From NCBI GenBank assembly GCA_965217895.1, contig CBDCJV010000002.1:1184001-1248000 (forward strand): 64,000 bases of DNA, in the 5' to 3' direction. The translations under genes were made by a program, and so were the position numbers. Within the stretch, counting starts at the first letter, position 1. Every line of letters begins with the position of its first letter. Source of the DNA: Waterburya sp. Lineage in GTDB: Bacteria > Cyanobacteriota > Cyanobacteriia > Cyanobacteriales > Xenococcaceae. Below the pieces are notes generated by a model. That model made no database searches and had not been told where the DNA came from. It was given only the letters and a program-made list of their open reading frames with translations. Of the stretch, positions 30,433 through 41,132 are shown in pieces.

Positions 30433-30672
30433 TTAAGAATTGTTACTAGGATTAATTATCTGGGGAAAATCTCCCCCCGATAGCCATCCATATAAAAAGA
30501 CTATTCCAACCCCTACAATTATCCATAGTAAAAAGGCACGGCAATAATTAACAAAACTAGGTTTACCTACTCCACAAGCACCGACGATAAAAACGATTAT
30601 ATTGACTATAGGAATAAAAAAAAGCAAAAATAGCCCAAACCATTCCCAAAATCCTACTGGCTCCATAATCAA
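30433..30672 (-). CDS. Small membrane protein
   Basis: 79 aa, hydrophobic, IPIVNII motif. Confidence 0.6.
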   Translation of the reverse strand: MIMEPVGFWEWFGLFLLFFIPIVNIIVFIVGACGVGKPSFVNYCRAFLLWIIVGVGIVFLYGWLSGGDFPQIINPSNNS

Positions 30673-30861
30673 CTCCTGTATTTTCTACTTTTCAATGTTG
30701 GCTATCTAATTTTCTGAACACTTATCTTAAGAACTACTGATTTTAGATTAGATGCAGTTTAAATATATATTTATGATTCCCAAATATTTTCTTTTTCTGC
30801 TTAATTTATTTATATTGCTTGAATATTTTTAGTTTATTAATTTCTGTGAAAAAATATCTAT

Positions 30862-31452
30862 TTATCTAAAGGTAAGTAACATATTGATTTCTTGTGAGGT
30901 TAAATTACGCCATTGTCCAGGCTGTAAGCCTGTTAAATTAATTTGTTGAGAATTGTTACCCAGAGAAACTCTAATTAATCTAAGAGTAGGAAAGCCTACC
31001 GCTGCCGTCATGCGTCGCACCTGACGATTACGTCCTTCTGTCAGGGTGATTTTTAACCAGCAAGTAGGTATGTTTTGGCGATCGCGAATTGGCGGAATGC
31101 GAGGCGGAAAATCAGGTTCTTCTGATAGTATATGTACTTTGGCTTTACGGGTAAGATAGTTTTTAATTGTGATTCCCTGCCGTAGCTTATTCAAAGCCGA
31201 TTCATCAGGAATACGTTCTACCTGAACATAGTAAGTGCGGGGATGGGCAAATTTAGGATTAGCAAGACGATTTTGCAGTTGTCCATTATCGGTTAGTAAT
31301 AATAATCCTTCACTATCTAAATCTAATCTGCCTACGGGATAGACATTAGGAATCGGAATGTAGTCTTTGAGAAGGGGGCGTTTTTGCTCGCTGCTATTAT
31401 CCGTAAACTGGCATAAAACTCCATAGGGTTTATTAAATAAAATATATTCCAT
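30862..31452 (-). CDS. rluE: rRNA pseudouridine synthase (RluE/RsuA family)
   Basis: [40 protein letters not shown]. Confidence 0.88.
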   Translation of the reverse strand: MEYILFNKPYGVLCQFTDNSSEQKRPLLKDYIPIPNVYPVGRLDLDSEGLLLLTDNGQLQNRLANPKFAHPRTYYVQVERIPDESALNKLRQGITIKNYLTRKAKVHILSEEPDFPPRIPPIRDRQNIPTCWLKITLTEGRNRQVRRMTAAVGFPTLRLIRVSLGNNSQQINLTGLQPGQWRNLTSQEINMLLTFR

Positions 31453-31474
31453 AGAAAATTATAAATTCTACAAA

Positions 31475-31819
31475 TAAGCAGGTGGGCGAAATCATTTATA
31501 AGATACGCCTAATGTGAATTGCAAAATGCTTATTCTCGCTTCTAATTAAAATTGGTCTGTGAAAACCATAGCTTAATACTGGGGGAATTTTCCCCCAGAC
31601 CCCCTGTTGGGGAGGGCGTAACGTCCCCAAACCCCTGACGTAAACATTAACATCGATTCTTTCCATAATTAATTGGAGTTTAAATCCGCATATGGATTTT
31701 ATATAAAATAAAAGAATGAAATTTAATTTACATCAGACGTAAGATATCAATACTAACTTTTGCCCTGACCTCTGACCTCTATCAAAGTCATTTTATATTT
31801 AATTACACTTACTTACTTA
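31475..31819. mobile_element. Composite MITE: a copy of the 17968-18086 element with a 234-bp MITE nested at 31506-31739
   Basis: Outer parts match the reverse complement of 17968-18086; inner TIRs CGCCTAATGTGAATT / AATTTACATCAGACG; 7-bp duplication TAAGATA. Confidence 0.85.
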
Positions 31820-31860
31820 GGCAGATTCTTTATTCATTTTAGGAAAAAACCTTGCTGTTG

Positions 31861-32700
31861 CTAATTCTTAATTCCCGTCGAACCAATGCCCTGAATCAAT
31901 TGTTTTTGACCAATCAAAAATAGTATTAATACGGGAATAGTCGCAATAACTACTGCTGCCATCATTAGTGACCAATCACTAGTAAACTGTTCTTGGAACT
32001 CCGATAAAGCTAACTGAACTGTTCTTAATTCTGGACGAGTAGTAAACACCAAGGGTTTAAATAAATCGTTCCATTCCCCAATAAAAGTAAAGAGAAATAA
32101 AGTTACTAAAGCAGGACGAGATAATGGCAACATGATACGCATTAAAATCTGTAAACGATTAGCTCCATCTAATGCAGCAGCTTCTTCTAATTCGATAGGA
32201 ATGCTAGCAAAATATTGACGCATTAGAAAAATACCAAATCCATTGGCTGCGGTTGGTAAAATTAATGACCAATAACTGTTAATTAAATGCGCCCATTTTA
32301 AAATTACGAATATAGGTATGACTAATAGCTGAAAAGGAATAACTAAAGTAGCTAAAATTATTAATAATACTGCCTGTTGTCCTTTAAACTTTAATCTGGC
32401 TAAAGCATATCCTGCCAAAGCAGAAGTAACTATTTGCAAAGCAGTTACCCCCAAAGCCACTAGAGTAGAATTAGCAAAAGCTAATAAAAAATTACCCCGA
32501 TGCCAAGCTGCTTGATAATTAGCAAAAGTCAAGCTACCTTTAGGTGAGGTGAAAGAGCTTTTTATGACAACCAACAAAGGAAATAAAACAACTATTGCTC
32601 CAACTAATAAAACCAATAAAATTAATACATTGACTCGTGAAATATTTACTAGAGAAAATGGCAAAGAGGTTTTGTCTATTTCGAGCGATCGCTGTTTCAT
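31861..32700 (-). CDS. Carbohydrate ABC transporter permease
   Basis: EAA loop ELEEAAALDGA; AGYALAR. Confidence 0.9.
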   Translation of the reverse strand: MKQRSLEIDKTSLPFSLVNISRVNVLILLVLLVGAIVVLFPLLVVIKSSFTSPKGSLTFANYQAAWHRGNFLLAFANSTLVALGVTALQIVTSALAGYALARLKFKGQQAVLLIILATLVIPFQLLVIPIFVILKWAHLINSYWSLILPTAANGFGIFLMRQYFASIPIELEEAAALDGANRLQILMRIMLPLSRPALVTLFLFTFIGEWNDLFKPLVFTTRPELRTVQLALSEFQEQFTSDWSLMMAAVVIATIPVLILFLIGQKQLIQGIGSTGIKN

Positions 32701-32900
32701 AAATAAACAAACTTGAAAAATCCTTAATTAATTTAAAAAATGGTTTGGGCAACTAATAAATAATTGCTATTTTATTATTTCTCATCTCTTATCTTTTCAT
32801 AAGTTAATCATCTAAAATCGTGTAATACTGATCTCCATAAGTAAATACCCTTTTTTAAGTATTTAAGAGGGGGATATTTTATGGCAATTTTCTACTGAAC

Positions 32901-33911
32901 ATGAGTAAACAGCGAGTCTTATCTGGAATTCAAACTACTGGTAACCTACATTTGGGCAATTATTTGGGTGCAATCCGTAACTGGGTCGAAATACAGCAGG
33001 ACTATGATAATTTCTTCTTTTTTGCCGATCTTCACGCTATTACCGTACCCCATGATGCCAAAATTTTAGCAGCCAACACCTTCAATTTAGCAGCAATATA
33101 TCTAGCTTGTGGTATTGATTTAAACTGCTCAACTATTTTTGTGCAGTCTCATGTATCTGCTCATACTGAACTTGCGTGGCTGCTTAACTGCGTTACTCCC
33201 CTTAACTGGTTAGAAAGAATGATTCAGTTTAAGGAAAAAGCTGTAAAACAAGGTGAAAACGTCGGTGTAGGTTTATTAGACTATCCTGTGCTAATGGCAG
33301 CAGATATATTACTTTACGATGCGGACAAAGTACCTGTAGGCGAAGATCAAAAACAGCATTTAGAACTAACTAGAGATATTGCAGGTAGGGTTAACGATCG
33401 ATTCGCTAAGAAAAAACAATTAGTCTTAAAAGTACCCGAACCCATGATCCGCAAAGAAGGCGCAAGGGTAATGAGTCTTACGGATGGGACAAAAAAAATG
33501 TCCAAGTCCGATCCTTCAGAATTAAGTCGCATCGATTTACTCGATCCTCCTGATGCAATTAAGAAAAAGATCAAAAAGTGTAAGACAGATCCCGTAAAGG
33601 GATTGGTATTTGATGATCCAGAGCGTCCTGAATGTCATAACCTGCTTACTTTGTATCAGCTTTTGGGCAATAAAACCAAACAAGAAGTAGCAGCAGAATG
33701 TCAAGATATGGGATGGGGTCAATTTAAACCTCTGCTAACAGAAACTACCGTTGAGGCTCTAAAACCAATTCAAGACAAATATAATGAATTAATGGATAAT
33801 CAAGATTATCTTAATTCTGTTTTGCGAGATGGTGCAGCCAAAGCCAGTAATGTAGCCAACCAAACCCTAACCAGAGTCAAAGATGCTATGGGTTTTTTAT
33901 CTCCTATGTAG
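32901..33911 (+). CDS. trpS: Tryptophan--tRNA ligase
   Basis: HLGN and KMSKS motifs, VPVGEDQKQHLE. Confidence 0.97.
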   Translation: MSKQRVLSGIQTTGNLHLGNYLGAIRNWVEIQQDYDNFFFFADLHAITVPHDAKILAANTFNLAAIYLACGIDLNCSTIFVQSHVSAHTELAWLLNCVTPLNWLERMIQFKEKAVKQGENVGVGLLDYPVLMAADILLYDADKVPVGEDQKQHLELTRDIAGRVNDRFAKKKQLVLKVPEPMIRKEGARVMSLTDGTKKMSKSDPSELSRIDLLDPPDAIKKKIKKCKTDPVKGLVFDDPERPECHNLLTLYQLLGNKTKQEVAAECQDMGWGQFKPLLTETTVEALKPIQDKYNELMDNQDYLNSVLRDGAAKASNVANQTLTRVKDAMGFLSPM

Positions 33912-33963
33912 ACGTAAATAATTAAACCGTTTAGAATACCAAAACCAAAAATCACCAATTCTA

Positions 33964-34860
33964 ATGACGAGTAATCTCCAGCAAGCCGTACTCAATCAAG
34001 ATTTTTTAGTCACTGCCGAAGTTGCTCCTCCAAAAGGAGGAAACCCTGCCAGAATGTTAGAGGTGGCAGAAAAACTAAAAGGGAGAGTTCACGCAGTCAA
34101 CGTTACTGATGGTAGTCGTGCCGTACTAAGAATGTCTTCTGTGGCTGCTTCGGTTATTCTTCAACAGAATGGTATTGAGCCAGTATGTCAGGTAGCCTGT
34201 CGCGATCGCAACTGTATTGGCTTGCAGGCAGATCTTATGGGTGCTTATGCTTTGGGTATCCGCAATATTTTGGCACTTACTGGAGATCCGATTAAGGCTG
34301 GCGATCACGCGAAATCTAGGGGAGTTTTTGAACTAGAATCGGTCAGGCTGCTAAAATTAATTAGTAAGCTAAACAGTGGATTTGACTTTAACGACAAAGC
34401 AATGCCAGATGAACCTTTAGATCTGTTTCCTGGTGCTGCTGTCGATCCGCAGTTAAAAAGCGTATCTGGTTTACAAAAAAGATTTGAAAAGAAACTAGAA
34501 GCTGGGGCAGAATTTTTTCAAAGTCAAATGATTACCGATTTTGACAAATTAGATAAATTTATGAGCCAGATTGCCTGTGTCAGCAATAAACCCATCTTGG
34601 CTGGCATATTTCTCTTGAAATCAGCTAAAAATGCTCAATTTATCAATAAATATGTGCCAGGGGTAGACATACCCGAATCTACAATTGAACGCTTGGGTAA
34701 TGCCGACAGTCCACTTCAAGAAGGGGTCAAAATTGCAGCCGAACAAGTTAAGTTAGCCAAAACTATATGCCAAGGAGTTCACCTGATGGCAGTCAAGCGA
34801 GAAGACTTAATTCCTGAAATACTAAGTCTGGCAGGAATTGAACCTATAGCGGTAAAATAG
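33964..34860 (+). CDS. metF: Methylenetetrahydrofolate reductase
   Basis: EVAPPKG, VNVTDG, CRDRN, LALTGDP. Confidence 0.9.
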   Translation: MTSNLQQAVLNQDFLVTAEVAPPKGGNPARMLEVAEKLKGRVHAVNVTDGSRAVLRMSSVAASVILQQNGIEPVCQVACRDRNCIGLQADLMGAYALGIRNILALTGDPIKAGDHAKSRGVFELESVRLLKLISKLNSGFDFNDKAMPDEPLDLFPGAAVDPQLKSVSGLQKRFEKKLEAGAEFFQSQMITDFDKLDKFMSQIACVSNKPILAGIFLLKSAKNAQFINKYVPGVDIPESTIERLGNADSPLQEGVKIAAEQVKLAKTICQGVHLMAVKREDLIPEILSLAGIEPIAVK

Positions 34861-34932
34861 GTCACTTCACTTCGGTTATTTTTGCCCACTAATCGCAACT
34901 CCCGTATCGCCTATAGAACTTTGATTGAACGA

Positions 34933-35484
34933 ATGAATAAATCTTGCAAGTCATCTGAGGTATTAGAGTTTTGGTTTTCTGAAAAAGTTAAACCGCTATG
35001 GTTTAAGAAAAGTGCAGAATTTGATCGAGAAATTGAAGCACGTTTTATTAATACTTATCTAATGGCAAAAACGGGTACATTAGATGATTGGAAAAGTAAT
35101 CCTCATGATGCACTGGCTTTAATTATTGTCTTAGATCAATTTCCTCGCAATATTTTTCGGGATACACCACAAGCATTTGTCACAGACAATAAGGCAGTTC
35201 AATTAACAAGATTTGCTGTTAATAATAACTATCAGCAAAGTTTATCAACAGATCGGCAGATATTTCTTTATATGCCTCTGATGCACAGCGAAAACAAAGT
35301 AGATCAGGCTAAATGTGTCAAGCTTTTTAGCGAATTGGGTAAAGAAGATAATCTTAAATTTGCCATTAAACATCAAGAGATTATCAATCGCTTTGGTCGT
35401 TTTCCCCACCGCAACAAAATATTAGGCAGAGAATCAACTTTAGCAGAGCAAGAGTTTTTGACACAACCTGGATCGAGTTTTTAA
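34933..35484 (+). CDS. DUF924 family protein
   Basis: VLEFWF, LDQFPRNIFR, YMPLMHSE, RFGRFPHRN. Confidence 0.9.
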   Translation: MNKSCKSSEVLEFWFSEKVKPLWFKKSAEFDREIEARFINTYLMAKTGTLDDWKSNPHDALALIIVLDQFPRNIFRDTPQAFVTDNKAVQLTRFAVNNNYQQSLSTDRQIFLYMPLMHSENKVDQAKCVKLFSELGKEDNLKFAIKHQEIINRFGRFPHRNKILGRESTLAEQEFLTQPGSSF

Positions 35485-35702
35485 TTTGAACATTAAGTTT
35501 GTAGTTTGTAGTTAGTCGTTTGTAGTGAGAACAAAACTACCTACTACTTACTACCTAACAGTTAAATAATCTACTTGAACAAAATCTAGTATGAGTTAAG
35601 TTAAGTCAATAAAATCCTCCAAAATAATGACAAATCAGAAAAAGTGTGCGATACACGAAAGACAAATATAACAAAATGCGATCGCAATAGTTTTTATTGG
35701 TT

Positions 35703-37130
35703 ATGGAAGTACGTTTTTTAAGCAAGGTGTCATTGTTTTTGGCAGTCTTCGTCTTACCACAATTTATTCCCACCACTTCCACTTCTCAATCCCTACTCTG
35801 TTCGGCTGTACTGGCAGCAGATACCCAAGGTTTGGGTGAAAGTGGAGATGATGGAGAAGAGGGAGCAAAGGGTAATAATGGTCGCAATGGCGACAATTTA
35901 ACTGTGTTTGCCGATGGCACACCTATGACCTTAGATTTAACAGGTGGGGAAGGTGCTGCGGGGCAGCAGGGTATTCAAGGCTATGACGCTGAGTGTGAGC
36001 AACAAAAGGACAAAATAGATAAAAATCTCCAGGGTGCTGATGGGGGTGAAGGGGGCGATGGAGGCGACGGCGGAGTCGGCGGTAATGGTGGCTCTTTGAC
36101 TGTCTACACCACTAACAAAGAAAACTTAAAGCAGGTGTATGTAATTGCTGCGGGGGGAGAAGGCGGCGCACCAGGAAAAGCGGGAGTAGGAGGAGAAGGC
36201 TGCCATTGCGATCGCCCTTACTGGAATGAAGAAACTTGCGTTGGCAAGCCTGGAAGCCCTGATTATAATTGTACTACCGAAGAATTTCAATGTACCGATG
36301 GTGAATCAGGCAGAAAAGGACGCACTGGCAGAAAAGGGAGAGACGGTGAAATTGGCAATTTGACTCTAATTAATTTGGATAAGTCTCTCGATCCAGATTT
36401 ACCAGAAGTTACCGCGCCGATTAGTGAGTTAAAAGGCAGGGGCTATACTTTATCAAAAAATATTTGGCAGAACAAAAATAATGCTGCTTCTTTGCTTGCT
36501 CCTGGTTCAGTTATTGCTAACAAATATAAAGAATTAGTAGCTCGTCACGAACATACGGTATTGATAGTTTGGGATGCACCCCAGCCAGCCGAAAATTTTG
36601 ACGATCAGAATATGACTCTAGCTATTAAGGGACAAAATGACGCTGATATCTTTTTGCCTAAAGATCTGTGGTTAGAAACTAAAACAGAAAAACAGAATAA
36701 AGTAACCGAGCTGCATATTTTTAATGCTGTTCGCACTAAAGATGTTGACGATCTAACGATAGATGGTTTATTTGGACAAGGAGCAGATTTAGAGCTAGAT
36801 GTTTATGACAAAGCTGAACAGTCTAATTTAATCAGCACTGATTTTACGATTAGATACAGCGTGGGCGAAAAGTCAGAAAAGAAAAACTTTTTTGGTGGTA
36901 GTACTACCGAATATAAAACTAAATATGAGGGAAAAGTTCCGACTCAAGCGATCGCCAAAAACGGCAATTTATTTACCTTGCAGTTAGGCAAGTTACCTAT
37001 TCCTCCCCAATACCTAAAACCAGGCTTAAAAGTAGAAATAGAAGTAGCTGCAAAACGCTCTTTAGCAGATAACTCCCTAGTTAAAAAACTGTCTACCCGT
37101 ACTGAGATTGAGGGAGCAAATCGTTCTTAA
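35703..37130 (+). CDS. Secreted Gly-rich, collagen-like repeat protein
   Basis: Signal peptide, G-X-X runs (GDDGEEGAKGNNGRNG, GRKGRTGRKGRDG), Cys-rich segment. Confidence 0.7.
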   Translation: MEVRFLSKVSLFLAVFVLPQFIPTTSTSQSLLCSAVLAADTQGLGESGDDGEEGAKGNNGRNGDNLTVFADGTPMTLDLTGGEGAAGQQGIQGYDAECEQQKDKIDKNLQGADGGEGGDGGDGGVGGNGGSLTVYTTNKENLKQVYVIAAGGEGGAPGKAGVGGEGCHCDRPYWNEETCVGKPGSPDYNCTTEEFQCTDGESGRKGRTGRKGRDGEIGNLTLINLDKSLDPDLPEVTAPISELKGRGYTLSKNIWQNKNNAASLLAPGSVIANKYKELVARHEHTVLIVWDAPQPAENFDDQNMTLAIKGQNDADIFLPKDLWLETKTEKQNKVTELHIFNAVRTKDVDDLTIDGLFGQGADLELDVYDKAEQSNLISTDFTIRYSVGEKSEKKNFFGGSTTEYKTKYEGKVPTQAIAKNGNLFTLQLGKLPIPPQYLKPGLKVEIEVAAKRSLADNSLVKKLSTRTEIEGANRS

Positions 37131-37139
37131 TCAAAGTTT

Positions 37140-37925
37140 TTAGTTTTTAGTTTTTAGTTCTAGGTTCTCAGAAATGCTTTTAATTGCTACGGCGATCGCT
37201 TGTTGAACAGTTTTATCTTTATCGGCTATAACTATATTCTCAGCCTCGGTACGTTGTGCCACTACCGCACAGACACAAGCAGCAGCAAAACCATAGACTC
37301 CAGCCATCTTGAATAGAGTTCCTGTTTCCATTTCATAATTCAAAATATTGAGATAACGATAGGTAGCAGTAATTCCTTTTAGCCAGGGTTGAAGATGGGG
37401 ATTAGCCGAAGATTCTGTTCTTTCTTGTCCTTCGTAAAAGGTATCTACTGAAGCGGTAATACCCAAGTGACAGGGAATTTCTAAACGACGGGCAGTTTCC
37501 ATCAAAGCCACTGTCAAATAAGGATCTCCCACGGCAGGGTATTCCACAGGAGCAATATCCAAAGCTGCACCTTGACGACATAAAGCTGCTTGAGATACAA
37601 CAAGGCTACCAACTTTTACGGTGGGCTGAATCGAACCACAAGTACCAACTCGAATAAACTGTTTGATGCCGACTTTAACTAGTTCATTTACTACAATACT
37701 TAAAGAAGATCCCCCCATTCCGCTAGTAGCGATTAAGATGGGTCTACCATTAGGCAGATTACCTAAATAACTATGAAGTCCTCGATATTCTGAAAGAAGT
37801 TTAACATTTTGTAAATAAGTCTGAGCGATGTATTGCGATCGCTCTGGTTCTCCAGATAACAGTACAGTCTGGGGCGCGTCAATACCAAGATCTGACTGGC
37901 TAAAGCCAATATGATAAAGTTTCAT
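37140..37925 (-). CDS. Nucleoside (uridine) phosphorylase
   Basis: SGEPER, TSGMG, IRVGTCGSIQ, FYEGQER, NYEME. Confidence 0.88.
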   Translation of the reverse strand: MKLYHIGFSQSDLGIDAPQTVLLSGEPERSQYIAQTYLQNVKLLSEYRGLHSYLGNLPNGRPILIATSGMGGSSLSIVVNELVKVGIKQFIRVGTCGSIQPTVKVGSLVVSQAALCRQGAALDIAPVEYPAVGDPYLTVALMETARRLEIPCHLGITASVDTFYEGQERTESSANPHLQPWLKGITATYRYLNILNYEMETGTLFKMAGVYGFAAACVCAVVAQRTEAENIVIADKDKTVQQAIAVAIKSISENLELKTKN

Positions 37926-38028
37926 TTTTAAATCTAGACTATAAACTCAAAACTATTAATTAACTAGCAAATCCATGTCAGTTAGCACTGATTGTTGATT
38001 ACTAATTACTATTGACTGATACTAAACG

Positions 38029-40017
38029 ATGGTAACTCTCGAAAAATATTCCGTAATTGTCTCTAGCTGTAAAAATAGTCCCATAGGAAAACATTTGCCC
38101 AATGCGCTGTATGTACATAGTGATGCTCTTTTGCATCTCGATCCTCTCCTAAAAGACTATGAGCGTCAGGCAAGAAGCCTAGTAGAAAATACTGACAACG
38201 CTACTATCATCAAATTTGGTATAGATCGTCCTAAAATTTCTTATTTATATTATCCAGACTTTGACCTCGATCCTCATCCTCAACTACACCAAAGTGTTGT
38301 GGTAGATTTAATCAGCGAACAGGTAACAGTCCGACAGTATCATAATTCTCATAATCCGCCAATTCTCCATCGCAAAGAAACCTTTATTACCGCCGATTAT
38401 CCTAATTATCAAACCTTCGCCGAATTAACTGAAGCAGAAGTAGCTTTAGGCTTATTAGATAACTCCCGTCACATTGGTACTTTGCAGGAGTGGACACGCT
38501 TATTACTACAACAGGGAATATGTATTGTGAATCATTATCTGGCTTGTCCCGTGGACTCTCCCCTTGCCAAACAGCAAACTGTCTTAATTGAAAGGCATAA
38601 AGCAGCTTTAAAACGCTCAGAATTATCTCGCCCTGTAAGGGTTGCCTTGGAAGCAGATTTATTTACGCCAGGGGCAACCTTTTTTGATTATGGTTGTGGT
38701 TGTGGAGAAGACGTAAAGCGCATTGCTGAACTGGGTTATGATAGTTCAGGCTGGGATCCTTATTATCGCCCTGATGCTCAAACAAAGTCGGCTGACATTG
38801 TTAATCTAGGTTATATTATCAATGTGATTGAGGATATGGTCGAACGACGAGAGGTTCTGCTTAATGCTTGGGAATTAACTCAGCAGGTGTTGATAGTTTC
38901 GGCGCAAGTCCTGGTTGACGATCGCCGTCGTGGTCTAATTGCCTACGGCGATGGCGTAGTTACTAACCGTAATACCTTCCAAAAATATTACGAACAGGAA
39001 GAACTAAAGCTATACATAGAGCAAGTATTAGGGGCTGAAGCAATTCCTGGGGGCTTGGGCATTTATCTTGTATTTCGTCACGAAGATCGAGCAGAATCTT
39101 TTCGTGCTATCCGCGTATATTCTCGCCTGAGTACTCCTAGGGTTCAAGCTCAAGTTAGAAATTTTGATGACTATCGAGAGTTGCTAACTCCTTTAATGGA
39201 TTTCTATACTAAAAGGGGTCGCTTACCAATCAAAGGCGAAATTGCTTCAGAAACCGCGATCAAAGCCGAATTTCGCAGCTATCAGCGGGCATTCAAGGTA
39301 ATCTTACAGGCTACAGATAGAAAAGAATGGGAGGAGATCGCCGAAAAACGTCGCCAAGATCTCTTAGTCTATTTAGCATTGGGCAAATTTAGTGGTCGTC
39401 CTACCATCAGAAAGCTAGCACCTGAAGTCAAAGCCGATGTCAAAGCTTTGTTTGGTAACTATAAACAAGCCTGTACTATAGCCGATTTCTTACTAGTTCA
39501 AGTAGGAGACATGAAGAAAATCGCTAACCTCTGTGAAACTAGCAACATTGGTAAACAGCTAAATGATGCGATCGCCGTTCACGTTAGCGCACTCGAAAAA
39601 CTGCCTCCCTTACTACGACTATATGAAGGCTGTGCTAGTCGCAATTTCTACCGCTTAGAAAACGCCAACATTGTCAAACTATACTACAACAAGCCAAAAA
39701 TAACCTACCTAGTTTATCCAGAATTTGACACTAAAGCCCATCCTGCTTTACAGGCAACAATGGAAGTAGATTTACACAATCTATCTGTCACCTATCATGA
39801 TATTTCTGATGAGACTAACCCGCTAATTCTGCATCAAAAAGACACCTTAGTTGCGCCAGACTATCCTAGTTACAACAAATTCGTTCGACTAACCAAAAAA
39901 GAACAAAAATCAGGCTTACTAGAAAATACAGATGCTATTCGTCGTCTTCATGGCTGGATGCGCTGTCTTAGAGAACATGAAGTGAAGATTGAAGGACACA
40001 AACTTAGTAATCAATGA
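38029..40017 (+). CDS. DNA phosphorothioation-associated putative methyltransferase
   Basis: LHRKETF, RHKAAL.R.ELSRPV, SAM motif FDYGCGCGED, GWDPYYRP, NTFQKYYEQEEL. Confidence 0.82.
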   Translation: MVTLEKYSVIVSSCKNSPIGKHLPNALYVHSDALLHLDPLLKDYERQARSLVENTDNATIIKFGIDRPKISYLYYPDFDLDPHPQLHQSVVVDLISEQVTVRQYHNSHNPPILHRKETFITADYPNYQTFAELTEAEVALGLLDNSRHIGTLQEWTRLLLQQGICIVNHYLACPVDSPLAKQQTVLIERHKAALKRSELSRPVRVALEADLFTPGATFFDYGCGCGEDVKRIAELGYDSSGWDPYYRPDAQTKSADIVNLGYIINVIEDMVERREVLLNAWELTQQVLIVSAQVLVDDRRRGLIAYGDGVVTNRNTFQKYYEQEELKLYIEQVLGAEAIPGGLGIYLVFRHEDRAESFRAIRVYSRLSTPRVQAQVRNFDDYRELLTPLMDFYTKRGRLPIKGEIASETAIKAEFRSYQRAFKVILQATDRKEWEEIAEKRRQDLLVYLALGKFSGRPTIRKLAPEVKADVKALFGNYKQACTIADFLLVQVGDMKKIANLCETSNIGKQLNDAIAVHVSALEKLPPLLRLYEGCASRNFYRLENANIVKLYYNKPKITYLVYPEFDTKAHPALQATMEVDLHNLSVTYHDISDETNPLILHQKDTLVAPDYPSYNKFVRLTKKEQKSGLLENTDAIRRLHGWMRCLREHEVKIEGHKLSNQ

Positions 40018-40079
40018 ATAATAATTACTATTTAGTCTGGTGAGCATGAGCGATCGCCCACAAAACTGTTGGTGAGCCG

Positions 40080-40292
40080 ATGTACCAAGAAAATCGCTTC
40101 AATTCCTTTTCCACTCATTTCCTAAAGATAATGACGCTCTTTTTTACCCCGATAGACTACACGGCATTAAAACCTCGCCAGAAAGAAAACTACAAGTTTC
40201 AGAAGGTTTCGGCTGTTCTCGCTGATTATGGTTTCGCCACAATTCGACTGTCTGATGACTGGCAGGGTATTGACGCTGAAGCTAGCGTTTGA
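40080..40292 (+). pseudogene. Truncated hypothetical protein
   Basis: RQKENYKFQKVSAVLADYGFATIRLSDDWQG looks like the N-terminus of a longer protein that ends abruptly. Confidence 0.45.
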
Positions 40293-40443
40293 CGTAACTT
40301 CTAATGCAGATAACCACCAAATGTGCTTAAGCGGGCGAGTCATTTTTTGATGGTTGCTTTACTCCGCCCACATAGCGATTCGGAGCGTTACGTTTTAAGT
40401 GATGGCACTAGTTTAAGAGTTACTCGTTTTCTCAGAAAGCGTA

Positions 40444-40473
40444 TTGACAATGTAAATACGTTTTACTTATACT
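40444..40473 (+). promoter_or_regulatory. Sigma70 promoter of brnTA with a palindromic operator
   Basis: TTGACA-N18-TATACT; imperfect palindrome GTAAATACGTTTTAC in the spacer. Confidence 0.7.
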
Positions 40474-40480
40474 ACAAAGT

Positions 40481-40777
40481 ATGGATGTGTATTTCGTGCT
40501 GAATGGCATCACTTTTGTTTGGAACGACGAGAAGGAACAAAGCAACCCTGGTAAACATAATAGAATTACGTTCCAGCAAGCTGCGGAAGCCTTCTTTGAC
40601 CCCTTTCTTATTGTGGTTGATGCAAGTCGCAACAATCAAACAAGAGAAGCGGTAATTGGTATGGATCGCCAATGGAATTTGTTGTACGTGGTTCATATTG
40701 AAAGCAAGGAAAGTGTCATTCGGATTATCTCTGCCCGTAAAGCAACCCCACAAGAGCGAAAAGACTATGAAGATTGA
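40481..40777 (+). CDS. brnT: BrnT family toxin
   Basis: FVWNDEK...KH.ITFQQAAEAFFDP..IRIISARKAT..ERK.YE. Confidence 0.88.
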   Translation: MDVYFVLNGITFVWNDEKEQSNPGKHNRITFQQAAEAFFDPFLIVVDASRNNQTREAVIGMDRQWNLLYVVHIESKESVIRIISARKATPQERKDYED

Positions 40778-41051
40778 AGCATTGAAAAAGCGATTAGACA
40801 AAAACCGTCCGATGACGAGTGTAACGATTCGGATTCCTGAAGATGTAGTAGAAGATTTAAAGCGGATTGCGCCGTTATTAGGCTTTTCAGGTTACCAGCC
40901 GTTGATTCGTGCTTACGTTGGTCAGGGATTGCGAACCGATTTAGAGCGATTCGAGAGCGAAACAGTAACAGCGTTGATCGCCAGCTTAAAGCGACGGGGT
41001 GTGAGCGAAGAAGTCATTGACCAAGCGTTGAGTGAAATTGTTCATAGCTAG
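40767..41051 (+). CDS. RHH/CopG-type antitoxin partner of BrnT
   Basis: Overlaps the toxin stop; VTIRIPEDVVEDLK..GYQPLIRAYV. Confidence 0.8.
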   Translation: MKIEALKKRLDKNRPMTSVTIRIPEDVVEDLKRIAPLLGFSGYQPLIRAYVGQGLRTDLERFESETVTALIASLKRRGVSEEVIDQALSEIVHS

Positions 41052-41132
41052 TCAAAGTAATTTGCTGTATGACGACGAGTCTGTTCATTGATAATCAACT
41101 TTATTACCTCCTTATCCTTTATCCCTCAAAAG

